Shown here: in pieces, positions 1 to 11,200 of the stretch
How the letters are laid out: every line of letters begins with the position of its first letter
Numbering within the stretch: position 1 is the stretch's first letter
Source: an uncultured Planctomycetota bacterium
Lineage (GTDB): Bacteria > Planctomycetota > Planctomycetia > Isosphaerales > Isosphaeraceae
DNA: 64,000 nt
Direction: 5' to 3'
Assembly (NCBI GenBank): GCA_963845755.1
Contig: CAWJTV010000041.1
Coordinates: forward strand, 192,001 to 256,000
The notes under the pieces: generated by a model
What the model was told of the DNA's origin: nothing
Seen by the model: the letters and a program-made list of their open reading frames with translations, nothing else
Database searches by the model: none
Made by a program: the position numbers and the translations under genes

Positions 1-524
1 CCCCAGGACCACGCTCACCGGCGTATTCAGCTCATGGCTGGCAACTTCGATGAACGCTCCTTTGAGCCGGTTGGCCTCGGTCAACTTGGTATTAGCGGCC
101 TGGAGCTGGGCCACCAACCGGTTCTTCTCGACGATCAGGTTGTGGTGCTCGACAGCCTGCCGCACCACGGCTTCCAGCTCCTCGGGGTCCCAGGGCTTGG
201 CGAGGTATCGGAAGACATGCCCTTGATTGATCGCTTCGATGACGGTCCGAATATCCGCATACGCCGTGAACAAAAGCCGGGTGGTTTCCGGCCGAATGGC
301 CTTGGCCTGCCGAAGCAGCTCCACGCCGCTCATCTCGGGCATCCGCTGATCGGACATGATGACGTGGACAAATTCGGGAGAGCGGAGGACATCCAGCGCT
401 CGGAAGCCGGTCCCGCAGGTGATGACCCGATAATCCATACGCAGGAGGTCATGGACGGAGCTCAAGACTTCCGGCTCGTCGTCGACCACCAGCAAGGTCG
501 GGCGGACGCGATGGACACGGTCAT
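1..524 (-). CDS. Hybrid response regulator/sensor histidine kinase, N-terminal part (runs off the window; apparent frameshifts)
   Basis: Manual reverse translation: LLVVDDEPEVL...IMSDQRMPEMSGVELL...YLAKPWD receiver domain, then H-box ASHELNTP after a frame change near 90. Confidence 0.8.
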
Positions 525-547
525 CGCCCGCCTCGAAGGAGGACGGG

Positions 548-1537
548 CTAACCGTCGCGGTGAGCGTCGAAGCAGACGCCGTGGGATCGGCGGTGGTACC
601 GGAGGAAGCGGATGCGGTCGGGGTCTTGGGTTCCAACGTCAGCTCGTTTCCTTGCCGTGGTCCGGATGGGTGGAACTCGGCCCGCTCCGCGCGGGGCAGC
701 CCGGTCGTCCGCGGTGAAACGCTTGATCAGCGTCACCTCATTGCCCATATCATTGTACTGCATTTCATCGACCATGCCCTGACAGATCAGAAGCCCGAAG
801 CCGCCGGCGCGGAGGCCGAGCTTCTCGCGTACATCCAGGTGCGTGAATGGGTCGTCGGCGACCGCGGCATGCGGCAGGCGATGCCGGTCGAACCCCGTGC
901 CTTGATCGCGCACCACGATCTCCAGGCGGTCGTCGTAGACCCGGTAGGTGATCGTCACCAGTCGATCGGAGAGGTGAAGGTTGCCCCATTCGATGGCGTT
1001 ATGGGCCATCTCCATCACCGCCTGCCGCAATTGCATCACCTGATCGTGCTGCAGGGGCGTCAACTGGCAGACCAGCATGAGGAAGTCGTTGAGGTCCTTC
1101 AGCAGGGTGATCTCGCTGTTGAGCTCGACGTGGATCTCCCCCTGGACGGCGCGTTGCTCCATGCTCGCGCGCGAGGCCTGGGCGGCCGAGATTGCCTCGA
1201 ATAGGTCCTCGACTCCGTAGGGTTTGGCGAGATAAGCATTGGCGCCGACCCGAAACCCATGAACACGATGCTGGACGTCATTGAGAGCCGTGAGCATGAC
1301 CACCGGGATCAGCATCGTCGCCGGGTCGGTCCGGAGTCGGCGACAGACGTCGAAGCCATTGATGTCTGGCAGCATGAGGTCCAGGAGCATGACATCAGGC
1401 GCGCACTCCCGTGCCAACCGCAACCCGGTTTCGCCATTGTCGGCGAGGATCGGCTCGTAATCGCGCAGGCGCAGGATGCTCGCAACCAGGTCCGCCTGTT
1501 CCGGGTGGTCCTCCACGATCAGAGCCGTTGCCATCAT
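548..1537 (-). CDS. Response regulator fused to an RsbW-like HATPase_c (anti-sigma/Ser kinase) domain
   Basis: LIVEDH...LLDLMLPDINGF...YLAKP receiver; EMAHNAIEWGN, DQGTGFD, GGFGLLI, GNEVTLIK ATPase boxes. Confidence 0.85.
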   Translation of the reverse strand: MMATALIVEDHPEQADLVASILRLRDYEPILADNGETGLRLARECAPDVMLLDLMLPDINGFDVCRRLRTDPATMLIPVVMLTALNDVQHRVHGFRVGANAYLAKPYGVEDLFEAISAAQASRASMEQRAVQGEIHVELNSEITLLKDLNDFLMLVCQLTPLQHDQVMQLRQAVMEMAHNAIEWGNLHLSDRLVTITYRVYDDRLEIVVRDQGTGFDRHRLPHAAVADDPFTHLDVREKLGLRAGGFGLLICQGMVDEMQYNDMGNEVTLIKRFTADDRAAPRGAGRVPPIRTTARKRADVGTQDPDRIRFLRYHRRSHGVCFDAHRDG

Positions 1538-1653
1538 CCGATTCCTCGCGGTCTCCTCGGATTGGACGCGAGCCCTTGGGCTCGCCACCGCGGCGAAAAT
1601 CACCGATCGACCGGTCCCGACCTCCGGCGGCGGGACTGATGCGACGGCTCACG

Positions 1654-2649
1654 TCACGTTACATGCAACTCGACGATGTCGGCATCATGAAGCTCGTGGT
1701 CGCGCTTGACCGCCTGGCCGTCGAATACGCCCGCACCCCAGAGCCGAGCCGACTTGAGCGAATGCTCGAAGTCCCGATGGACTTCCCGGGCCAGATCCAG
1801 GACGGTGCTGCCGATGGGGAGCGTGAAAGGTCTGGTCCGGTCGGCGGGTTTGCCAGGGACTTTCGTATAGACCCGGAGCACCCCCAGTAAATCGTATGCT
1901 GTCGCCCTCAGGGTTTCCAGACCTTCGCCCGTTTCGCCCGAGGCGGCGACGATGGGAAATCGGGCTCCCAGCCATTCCTGGACGATCTCCAACCGCTCGC
2001 GGGCCCCATTGGCATCGACCTTGGTGGCCACCATCACCGACTTGACGTGCCGAATCCGCTCGTCCTCCACATCGTATGGCAGCTCGCCGACCAGCTCGGT
2101 ATGAGCCTCAGCGAGTTGATCGAGGACCGTCAGGGCCGATTCCGCCACATCATCGCTGCCCAGGTCTATAACCAAGAGGGCCGCATCCGCCGACCGGATG
2201 ACGTTGGGTACCCAACCCTCGAAGAAATCCACCGCGATCGGTGGCAGGTGAACCAACTGGATGGGCACGTCCTGCCACAGCATGATTCCGGGTTGTGGCA
2301 CCCGGGTCGTGAAGGGATACGCGGCGATCTCGGGCCGGGCATTGGTCAGCGCCGCCAGCAAGCGGCTCTTGCCCACGTTCGGCGGTCCCACGAGCACCAC
2401 CTGGCCGGCCCCCTCTCGCGGCACATGATGGCTCAATCCTCCTTTCTTCCCACCCGCCTTGCTCCGTTCCAATTCCTCGCGGAGCCGGCTCATTTTTTGC
2501 TTGAGATCCGACTGAAGCTTCTCCGTGCCCTTGTGCTTGGGCAACAGACGGAACAATTCGCGAAGCGTCTCCAGCCGTTTCTCCGGAGTCGCCGCCTTGC
2601 GATACGCGTCTTCGACCTCGAGGTACTGCGGCGGTAGGTTCGCTGGCAT
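1654..2649 (-). CDS. DRG/OBG-family GTPase with C-terminal TGS domain
   Basis: MPANLPPQY N-terminus, PKHKGTEKL, G1 GPPNVGKS, G2 YPFTT, TKVD, TGS tail RVYTK...DADIVELH. Confidence 0.85.
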   Translation of the reverse strand: MPANLPPQYLEVEDAYRKAATPEKRLETLRELFRLLPKHKGTEKLQSDLKQKMSRLREELERSKAGGKKGGLSHHVPREGAGQVVLVGPPNVGKSRLLAALTNARPEIAAYPFTTRVPQPGIMLWQDVPIQLVHLPPIAVDFFEGWVPNVIRSADAALLVIDLGSDDVAESALTVLDQLAEAHTELVGELPYDVEDERIRHVKSVMVATKVDANGARERLEIVQEWLGARFPIVAASGETGEGLETLRATAYDLLGVLRVYTKVPGKPADRTRPFTLPIGSTVLDLAREVHRDFEHSLKSARLWGAGVFDGQAVKRDHELHDADIVELHVT

Positions 2650-2955
2650 CGTGGCGACTCTCCACGGCGCTCCCGTGACGAACTCTTGGCACCGTAGCGA
2701 CTTCCGCGCCCCGATGCAAGAGCTTGGTGACGCCTTGCAACACGCACGCGGCGACAACACCCTTCTCAACGCCCCGAACGGCCTCGAAACCCCGTCCATC
2801 AGTCGAATTGGACCGGGAGGAATCGGCGATGTCCCAACCTTAGCGGTTTTGCGAATTGTCGGGCCTTCAATTCTTCGTCACAAGCGCCCCATTTTTCCCG
2901 GACAATCTATAATTCCCTTCACAGAGACTACCTTCTTGAGCAGGGGGGAGCCGCG

Positions 2956-3470
2956 ATGTACACGGTCGAGTTTTTGCGAAGTCGTCGAGTCTGGTTCGAG
3001 GAGATGGTCCATAGCCCGGCATCGTCATCGACCAAGCGGCGCATAGCATCCACGTCCCGGGCCGTCAGGTGGCGAAGACCGTACTCGTCAACGCCGGCAA
3101 CCGGTTCGTGCTGGCCGTCCTGCCGTCAACCTGCCGGGTCGACCTGGCTCGATTGGCTGAGATCCTCGGATTGCCCGGTGCGGATCTGCGTCTGGCCACG
3201 TCCGACGAGCTGATCGGGCACTTCACCGACTGCGAGCCCGGAGTCGTCCCGCCGTTCGGACGGCTTTACGACATCGAGACGGTGTTCGATTCGAGTCTGG
3301 CCGAGGTCGACGAGCTGGTCTTCGGTGGCAACACGCGGCATGAGGGTTTGCGAATGCGATCCAGCGATTATCTCGCCATCGAAAAGCCGGTGATCGGCTC
3401 GTTCGCCGCTCCGATTGCTCCCAAGCGGTCCGTCGCGACCCTTTCTCAAGTTGACCGACGGGCGGGTTGA
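2956..3470 (+). CDS. YbaK/EbsC aminoacyl-tRNA deacylase family (frameshift near 3045)
   Basis: Joined ORFs 2956.. and 3069..3470; AKTVLV and DCEPGVVPPFG motifs. Confidence 0.8.
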
Positions 3471-4720
3471 ACGGCTGGCGGAGTCGGATGGATGTCTCCC
3501 GCGTGACGACGGCAGCAGCCGCGGAGACTGGGCTGTCCGACAGGACAGGCGAGATCCGCCGCCCTGTGTTTGTCAGAGTTCAGCGTCATCCTGCGGCGCG
3601 GAATCCTTCGCGTTCCCGATCAACCGATCCGCATGCCGTTTCTGAGGCTCCAGGTAATACTCAACGAGCTTTTTCGGATCGTGATCGCACCGGGCGGAGA
3701 TCTGCCACCGGACGGCTCGGATCTCATCGATCACAGGATCACTCAGATCCTTCTCCGAGTTCGCGTGTCGTCCCCGAACCGGAAAAGCCCGCCCTGTACG
3801 GCGCTCGGGCCTCCTTCGAGAGTTCTCTCAGCAAGATCGAGCCGGCCATCGCCGACTTCACCGAGGCCATCCGGCTCCGAGGGACGACGTTTTCATCCGG
3901 AGACGCCTGGTTCTTCGCGGGGCGGGCGAACCTCTATCTGGCACGCGGAGAAACCGACCGGGCCCTGGCGGATTACGACGAAGCGATCCGTCTCGACCCG
4001 AAATCGCCTTGGGTCCACAGCTTCCGCGGATTGGCTCATACGCGGAAGAGGCGATGGGACCGCGCCATTGCCGACCACGCGAAAGCGAAGGACCTGGCCG
4101 GCTCCGATAAACACTTGACCTTCAACTGCATCTCGAGCCACGCCGACATACTGGCCATGACCGACCGGATTCCCGAGGCCGAGGCCGGCTACGAAGAATC
4201 CGTCAAGTTCGACCCGGCGCGCTTGCCGCACTCGCTCGTGGTCCGCGCCTGGTTCATCGATCGGCTGCGCGGCGATTACGACGCGGCACTCCAGAAGCTC
4301 GATGAGGCGGCCAAGAGCGGAATGATCTGGCAGTTCCTCGACCGTGGGCTGATCCTCGTGCACTTGGGCATGCCGGACCGCGCCTTGGCCGACTTCAGCG
4401 AGGTCTTGGAGCGGGTCAAGCCTCGACCCGACTGGCTCGCTCTCGCGAACTATTACCCCCGATGGCTGGCGCTCGTGCTCGGCCGGGCCGAAGCCTATTT
4501 GCTCAAGGGCGACCTCGACCGCGCCCTGGTCGATGCCGACGAGGCGGTGCGGTTCGCCCCGCGGACGGCCGAAGCCCGACTCCTCCGTGCCCGGGTCCAC
4601 GACAAGCGCGGCAACCCCGACATCGCCGCCGCCGACCAGAACGCCGCCGCCGGGCTCGCGCCGGACCCCATGCTCGCCCTGCCCGAGCCCCGATCCGCCG
4701 GCGCTCACGATCGCCGTTGA
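3467..4720 (+). CDS. Tetratricopeptide repeat protein (start uncertain)
   Basis: Repeated AIADFTEAIRL / ALADYDEAIRLDP / ALADFSEVL TPR helices. Confidence 0.75.
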   Translation: MNGWRSRMDVSRVTTAAAAETGLSDRTGEIRRPVFVRVQRHPAARNPSRSRSTDPHAVSEAPGNTQRAFSDRDRTGRRSATGRLGSHRSQDHSDPSPSSRVVPEPEKPALYGARASFESSLSKIEPAIADFTEAIRLRGTTFSSGDAWFFAGRANLYLARGETDRALADYDEAIRLDPKSPWVHSFRGLAHTRKRRWDRAIADHAKAKDLAGSDKHLTFNCISSHADILAMTDRIPEAEAGYEESVKFDPARLPHSLVVRAWFIDRLRGDYDAALQKLDEAAKSGMIWQFLDRGLILVHLGMPDRALADFSEVLERVKPRPDWLALANYYPRWLALVLGRAEAYLLKGDLDRALVDADEAVRFAPRTAEARLLRARVHDKRGNPDIAAADQNAAAGLAPDPMLALPEPRSAGAHDRR

Positions 4721-5007
4721 TGTCCCCTCAGGCCCGTCCCCGCGGTGCTGCCCGAGAAGGATTTTCTCCGGTCGGTGTAAGAACCGCTGTCGGCCGGAAT
4801 CGAAGCATATCGTGCGATAACTGGGTCGGACTCGCCCGCCGGACCGATGTCCTCAGGAGTGCTTCGGTCGCGATTGTTCGTTATTTTGTCCGGATTTGTG
4901 CTGAGGCCCGATATCACAAGAGGTAGGCCCGCTGTCGGCGAGGCACCGCCGGCCATCGAGGCGGCCGGACTCGAGACGACGGGCGGGGAGACGCGGTCGT
5001 TTGCCTT

Positions 5008-5108
5008 CCGAACTCCTTCATCTGCCGGTCTAGCCGACAGGCGCCGGGGTTCCAGGTACCGACGTCCGACGCCTCGCCGCCGAACGCCTTCATCTGCCGG
5101 ACTGGCCG
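5008..5108 (+). repeat. Pair of 29-nt direct repeats, 72-nt period, upstream of the giant gene
   Basis: ccgaactccttcatctgccggtctagccg (5008-5036) vs ccgaacgccttcatctgccggactggccg (5080-5108), 26/29 identical. Confidence 0.8.
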
Positions 5109-5288
5109 GCCGGGGTTTGTTCTCCGGTTTGGTTGGCGATCCGGGTCGTTTTCGCAGGTCCTGGGACAAGCGCCTCAACGGATCCCCCGACCCCTGGGGA
5201 AGTTGGGCGTTTCGGTAGTCGAGGCCGAAGCGACCTCCTCAACGAACGATATCCCGAACCAACCTTCCCATTCCAGGAGACGACGATA

Positions 5289-8200
5289 ATGCTGCTGGCG
5301 CATCGCGAGACCTCTCGTTGTCGGGCTCGTCGGAAGAACCGTTCGCCGCTACGAGCCGTCCGGCTGACGATCGATGGACTAGAGGCGCGCACTCTGCTCT
5401 CGGCAGTCTCCTGGACGGGCAAGGGCGATGGAACGAGTTGGACAGATGCCAGCAACTGGTCCGATGATGCTGTGCCGGGGGCGAGCGACAACGTCACGAT
5501 CAACCTGAGCGGCAATCCCACGATCGCGATCACCTCGGGGTCGCAGTCGGTCAACTCGATCAGCAGCACCGATCTGATTTCGATCAGCGGAGGCTCGCTG
5601 TCCGTGGCCGCGAATTCGACGCTCGGCGGCCTGACCATGACCGGCGGTCGCACTGTCGGCCAGCGGCTCGGGCGTCTCGCTGACCGTCACGGGGACGACC
5701 ACTGACTCCGGCGGTAGCCTCGACGCCGAGAATGGAGCAAGCCTCAGCCTCAACCAGTTGACCAGTTACACCGGCAACACCAACACGACCACACTGGAGG
5801 CGACTGGTGCGGGGAGCACGCTGACACTGGCCAACCTGGCGAGCGTGACGCAACCCGGTAACTCCTACGCGGAGCAGGCGCAATTCGAGGCCCTGGCCGG
5901 CGGCACGGTGAACCTGTCAGCCCTCAAGACGATCGACACTGGCACGGTGGTCCTGGAGAGCGACGGGACCGGCAGCGTCCTGAACCTGGGAGCGCTCACC
6001 AGCTTCACCGAGAACAGGGGGCTGGACCTACTCGACCCTCCAGGCCTCCAACGGCGGCACGGTCGATGATGGCAAGCTGACCAGCCTGTCCAACATGAAC
6101 TTCAACGTCGCCGGCACGGGCGAAAACCTCACGCTGGCCGGCATCACCTCGTATGGCAGCGGCAACATCACGGTCAGTGGTGGGGCGAAGCTGAGCCTGC
6201 CGGGGATCACCGGCTACACCGGTAACGCCGCCACCACCACGCTGGAGGCCACCGGCGCGGGGAGCGCGCTGACGCTGGCCAACCTGGCGAGCGTGACGCA
6301 ACCCGGTAACTCCTACGCGGAGCAGGCGCAATTCGAGGCCCTGGCCGGCGGCACGGTGAACTTGCCGGCCTTGAAGACGATCAACACGGGCACTGTGGTC
6401 CTGGAGAGCGACGGCACCAACAGCGTGCTGAACGTCCCGGCACTGACCAGCTTCATCGAGACCGCCGGCTGGACCTATTCGACCCTGCAAGCCTCGACCA
6501 ACGGTACGGTCAACGACAGCAGCCTGGCCAGTCTCTCCAATGTGAATCTCAACGTCGACGGCTCCAGCCAGAACCTCACGCTCTCGAGCCTGACGTCGTT
6601 CAACAGCAGCAACCTCACGGTCAGTGGTGGGGCGAAGCTGAGCCTGCCGGGGGTCACCGGCTACACCGGTAACGCCGCCACCACCACGCTGGAGGCCACC
6701 GGCGCGGGGAGCGCGCTGACGCTGGCCAACCTGGCGAGCGTGACGCAGCCCGGTAACTCCTACGCGGAGCAGGCGCAATTCGAGGCCCTTGCCGGCGGCA
6801 CGGTCACGTTGTCGGGGTTGAAGACGATCAACACCGGCACGGTGGTCCTGGAGAGCGACGGGACCGGCACGTACGCTGAATGTGGGGGCACTGACCGGCT
6901 TCACCGAGACCGGGGGCTGGACCTACTCGACCCTCCAGGCCTCCAACGACGGCACGGTCGATGATGGCAAGCTGACCAGCCTGTCCAACGTGAACCTCAA
7001 CGTCAACGGCTCGAGCCAGAATCTCACGCTCTCGGGCCTGACGTCGTTCAGCAGCGGGAACATCACGGTCAGTGGTGGGGCGAAGCTGAGCCTGCCGGGG
7101 ATCACCAGCTACACCGGTAACGCCGCCACCACCACTCTGGAGGCGACTGGTACGGGGAGCACGCTGACGCTGGCCAACCTGGCGAGCGTGACGCAACCCG
7201 GTAACAGCTACGCGGAGCAGGTGCAATTCGAGGCCCTGGCCGGCGGCACGGTGCACGTTGTCGGCGCTCAAGACGATCGACACCGGCACGGTGATCCTGG
7301 AGAGCGACGGGACCAGCAGCGTCCTGAACCTGGGAGCGCTCACCAGCTTCACCGAAACAGGGGGCTGGACCTACTCGACCCTCCAGGCCTCCAACGGCGG
7401 CACGGTCGATGATGGCAAGCTGACCAGCCTGTCCAACATGAACTTCAACGTCGCCGGCACGGGCGAAAACCTCACGCTGGCCGGCATCACCTCGTATGGC
7501 AGCGGCAACATCACGGTCAGTGGTGGGGCGAAGCTGAGCCTGCCGGGGGTCACCGGCTATACCGGTAACGCCGCCACTACCACGCTGGAGGCCACCGGGG
7601 CGGGGAGCGCGCTGACGCTGGCCAACCTGACGAGCGTGACGCAACCCGGTAACTCCTACGCGGAGCAGGCGCAATTCGAGGCCCTGGCCGGCGGCACGGT
7701 GAACTTGCCGGCCTTGAAGACGATCAATACCGGCACGGTGGTCCTGGAGAGCGACGGGACCGGCAGCGTTCTGAACATCGCCGCGCTGACCAGCCTCACC
7801 GAGACCAACGGCTGGACGGACTCGACCCTGCAAGCCTCCACCAACGGCACGGTCAACAACAGCACCTTGGCCAGCCTCTCCAACGTGAATCTCAACGTCG
7901 ACGGCTCCAGTCAGAACCTCACGCTCTCGAGCCTGACGTCGTTCAACAGCAGCAACCTCACGGTCAGTGGTGGGGCGAAGCTGAGCCTGCCGGGGGTCAC
8001 CGGCTACACCGGTAACGCCGCCACCACCACACTGGAGGCCACCGGCGCGGGGAGCACGCTGACGCTGGCCAACCTGACGGGCGTGACGCAGCCCGGTAAC
8101 AGCTACGCGGAGCAAGCGCAATTCGAGGCCCTGGCCGGCGGCACGGTGAACCTGTCAGCCCTCAAGACGATCGACACTGGCACGGTGGTCCTGGAGAGCG

Positions 8201-11200
8201 ACGGGACCGGCAGCACACTGAATGTGGGGGCTCTGACCGGCTTCACCGAGACCGGGGGCTGGACCTTCTCGACCCTGCAATCCTCCAACGGGGGTACGGT
8301 TGCCGATAGCAGCCGCCTGACCAGCCTGTCCAACGTGGACCTCAACGTCGGCGGCCCGATCAACCTCAGCGGCCTGACCGGCCTTTCCAACGTGAACCTG
8401 AGTGTCTCCGGCACGGGCGAGAACTTCACGCTCACCGGCCCGACTTCGTACGGCAGTGGCACCATCACGGTCAGCGGTGGGGCGACACTGAGCCTGCCCA
8501 CCCTGACCAGCGTCAACGGTAGCACGATCGAGGTCAACGGCGGTACCCTCACCCTGTCCGCCCTGACCAGCGCCGAGGACTCCGCGCTCGAGGTCAGCGG
8601 CGGCGGCACGCTGACCCTGCCGGCGCCGACGACCTTCACGGCCGCGGGGAGCACCGTCACGGTGACCGGCACCGGGTCTTCGGTCCAGATCGGCAGCGGC
8701 GTTTTGGAACCGCTGCCCACCTCGGGGAGCAACGGCACAATCAACGTGCCCGCGTTCCCCCAGGGGATGACCGTCAACCTGAATCCCAACGGCACGTTCT
8801 CGGGCGGCACGACGCTCAACGTCGGTGCGGACGCGACCGTGGAAATCCAGAGTGGCACCTATCTAGGCGGGGTCACCTTCAACGTCGGCCAGGGGGCCGT
8901 CGTTGACCTGACGGCCGGGCACACGGTCACCTACGGCGGGACACTCAACGGCTCCGGGAGCGGAACGGTCCAGTTCAGCGGCGGGGACATCGATCCCGCC
9001 GCCGGCTCGGGCGATGGCCCTACCAACGCGGGCCTGACTCTGAACTTCCCCGGCAGCATATTCCAGTGGACCGGGGGCGGGTTCTTCGCCTCGCTCGGCA
9101 ATGTGACCAACCTGGGAACCATCAACCTGGCCGGTTCCAGCGACAAGGGCTTCTATGAGGATGGCACCCTCTACAACGAAGGCACCCTGATCCAGACCGG
9201 CACCGGCAACCTCGACCTGCACAGCGACAACGTGTCCCCCACCACGCTCGTGAACGACACGGGGGCGTCTTATCTCATCGAGTCCGATTCGGGGATCGAC
9301 AATGGCTTCGGTGGCCAGACATCCCTCGTCAACTCCGGCACCATTCGCAAGACGGCGGGGACCGGCACGTCCACGCTCACGATCGCGGGGTCCCTCACCA
9401 ACACCGGAACCATCGAGGCCGACTCCGGTACACTGGATCTCGAACCCGCCTCGTTCACCCAGCTCGCGACCGGCAGCTTGACCGGCGGCACCTGGAACGC
9501 CCTCGACGGCGCCACCTTGCGATTCCCGAGCGGCACGACCATCACCAGCAATGCCGCGACGATCGCCCTCGGTGGCAGCGGCGCGACGATCGCCGCTCTG
9601 GCGAGTCTGGCCTCCAACAGCGGCAGCCTGAGCCTCACCGGCGGGGCCCGCCTGACCACATCGGGCGGCTTCAGCAATAGCGGGAACCTGACCGTCGGCG
9701 CCGGCAGTACCCTGAAGGTCGGCGGCAAGTTCAGCCAGGCCGCGGGCGGCACGCTCGCCGTGCAAATCGGCGGCACACCCGCCAGCGGCCAGTACGGGCA
9801 GGTCGCGGCGACCGGCTCGGCGGCGCTGGGCGGGGATTTGAATGTCAGCCTGGTCAACGGCTTCAACCCGACGCTTGGCCAGGACTATCCGGCGCTGTCG
9901 TACGCGAGTGTGACCGGCGCCTTCGCCAAGGTCTCGGGGCTCCCCTCGGGCATGACCGCGACCCAGGCAGCCACGGCGCTCAACCTGGATATGGCCGCCG
10001 CCGGTGCGGACCTGGCCGTGACCAGCGTGAGTGCCCCGACCACGGCGGCCCTCGGTCAGTCGATCGCCGTCGGCTGGCAGGTGAAGGACGAGGACGCGAC
10101 GGCCGCAGCCGGAAGCTGGCAGGACAGCGTCTATCTCTCGCCCACGTCATCGATCACCGGCAGCTCGATCCTGCTGGGCACGGTGGTGCACACCGGCGGC
10201 CTGGGCGCCGGCGCCACCTACAACGGCACTCTGACCGCGGCCGTGCCAGCACTGGCGCCGGGCTCGTATCACGTCCTGGTCGAGGTCGACAGCCTCTACC
10301 AGATCCCCGACCCTAACCGCGCCAACAACACCTCGGCCGCGACCGGACAGCTCGCGGTCAGCCTGCCGTCGCTGACGCTCGGCACGGCCGCCAGCGGCTC
10401 GTTCACGGCCGCCGAGCAGAGCAAGTATTACCAGGTGATCGTGCCGGCCGGCGGCTCGCTGGTCGTCACCGCCGCGAGCGCGGCGACGTCCGGCGCGCTC
10501 GCGGTTTATGTCAGCCAGGGGACCCTGCCGACGCCGTACAATTACCAGGACGCCTCGGCCATCCCGAATCAGCCCAGCCAGACGGCCGTCGTGCCGCAAG
10601 TGCTGGCGGCGGGGACCTACGAAATCCTGGTCGAGAGCGTCTCCGGCGCCGCGGCCACGGCCGGCTATACGCTGACGGTCACCCAGGGGAATGCCTCGAC
10701 GATCTCCGGCCTCTCGACGACCTCCGGCGGCAATGCCGGGAACCTCACGGTCGGCATCAACGGCACCAACTTCGCGCCGACGGATACCGCCACGCTGACG
10801 CTGGGCGGCTCGACCATCTCGGCGTCGGCGATCGATTTCGTCAACGCGGGCCAGATCTACGCCACCTTCAATCTGAAGGGTGCGACCGTCGGCAATTACA
10901 CGCTGACGGTCCACCAGGGCGGCCAGGCGGTGACGGCACCGTCGCCATTGCAGGTGGTGGCGGCCACCGCGGGGACGCTGAGCGTCAGCCTCAGCGTGCC
11001 CCAGCTCGTCCGCGTGGGGCGGACCGGCACGGTCGTGGTCAACTACACCAACACCACGAGCAACGACATCGTGGCCCCGCTCCTGACGATCTCGTCCACC
11101 AATACCACCGTCCTCTTCAGCACGCCGGACGATCCGAACGACTACGTGCCGTCGGCCGAGGTGCTGGCCGTTGCCCCCGGCGGCCCGGCGGGGATCCTCC

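Noticed and set aside
5008..5108. Mini CRISPR array
   Set aside because: Only two imperfect repeats, no cas genes or leader
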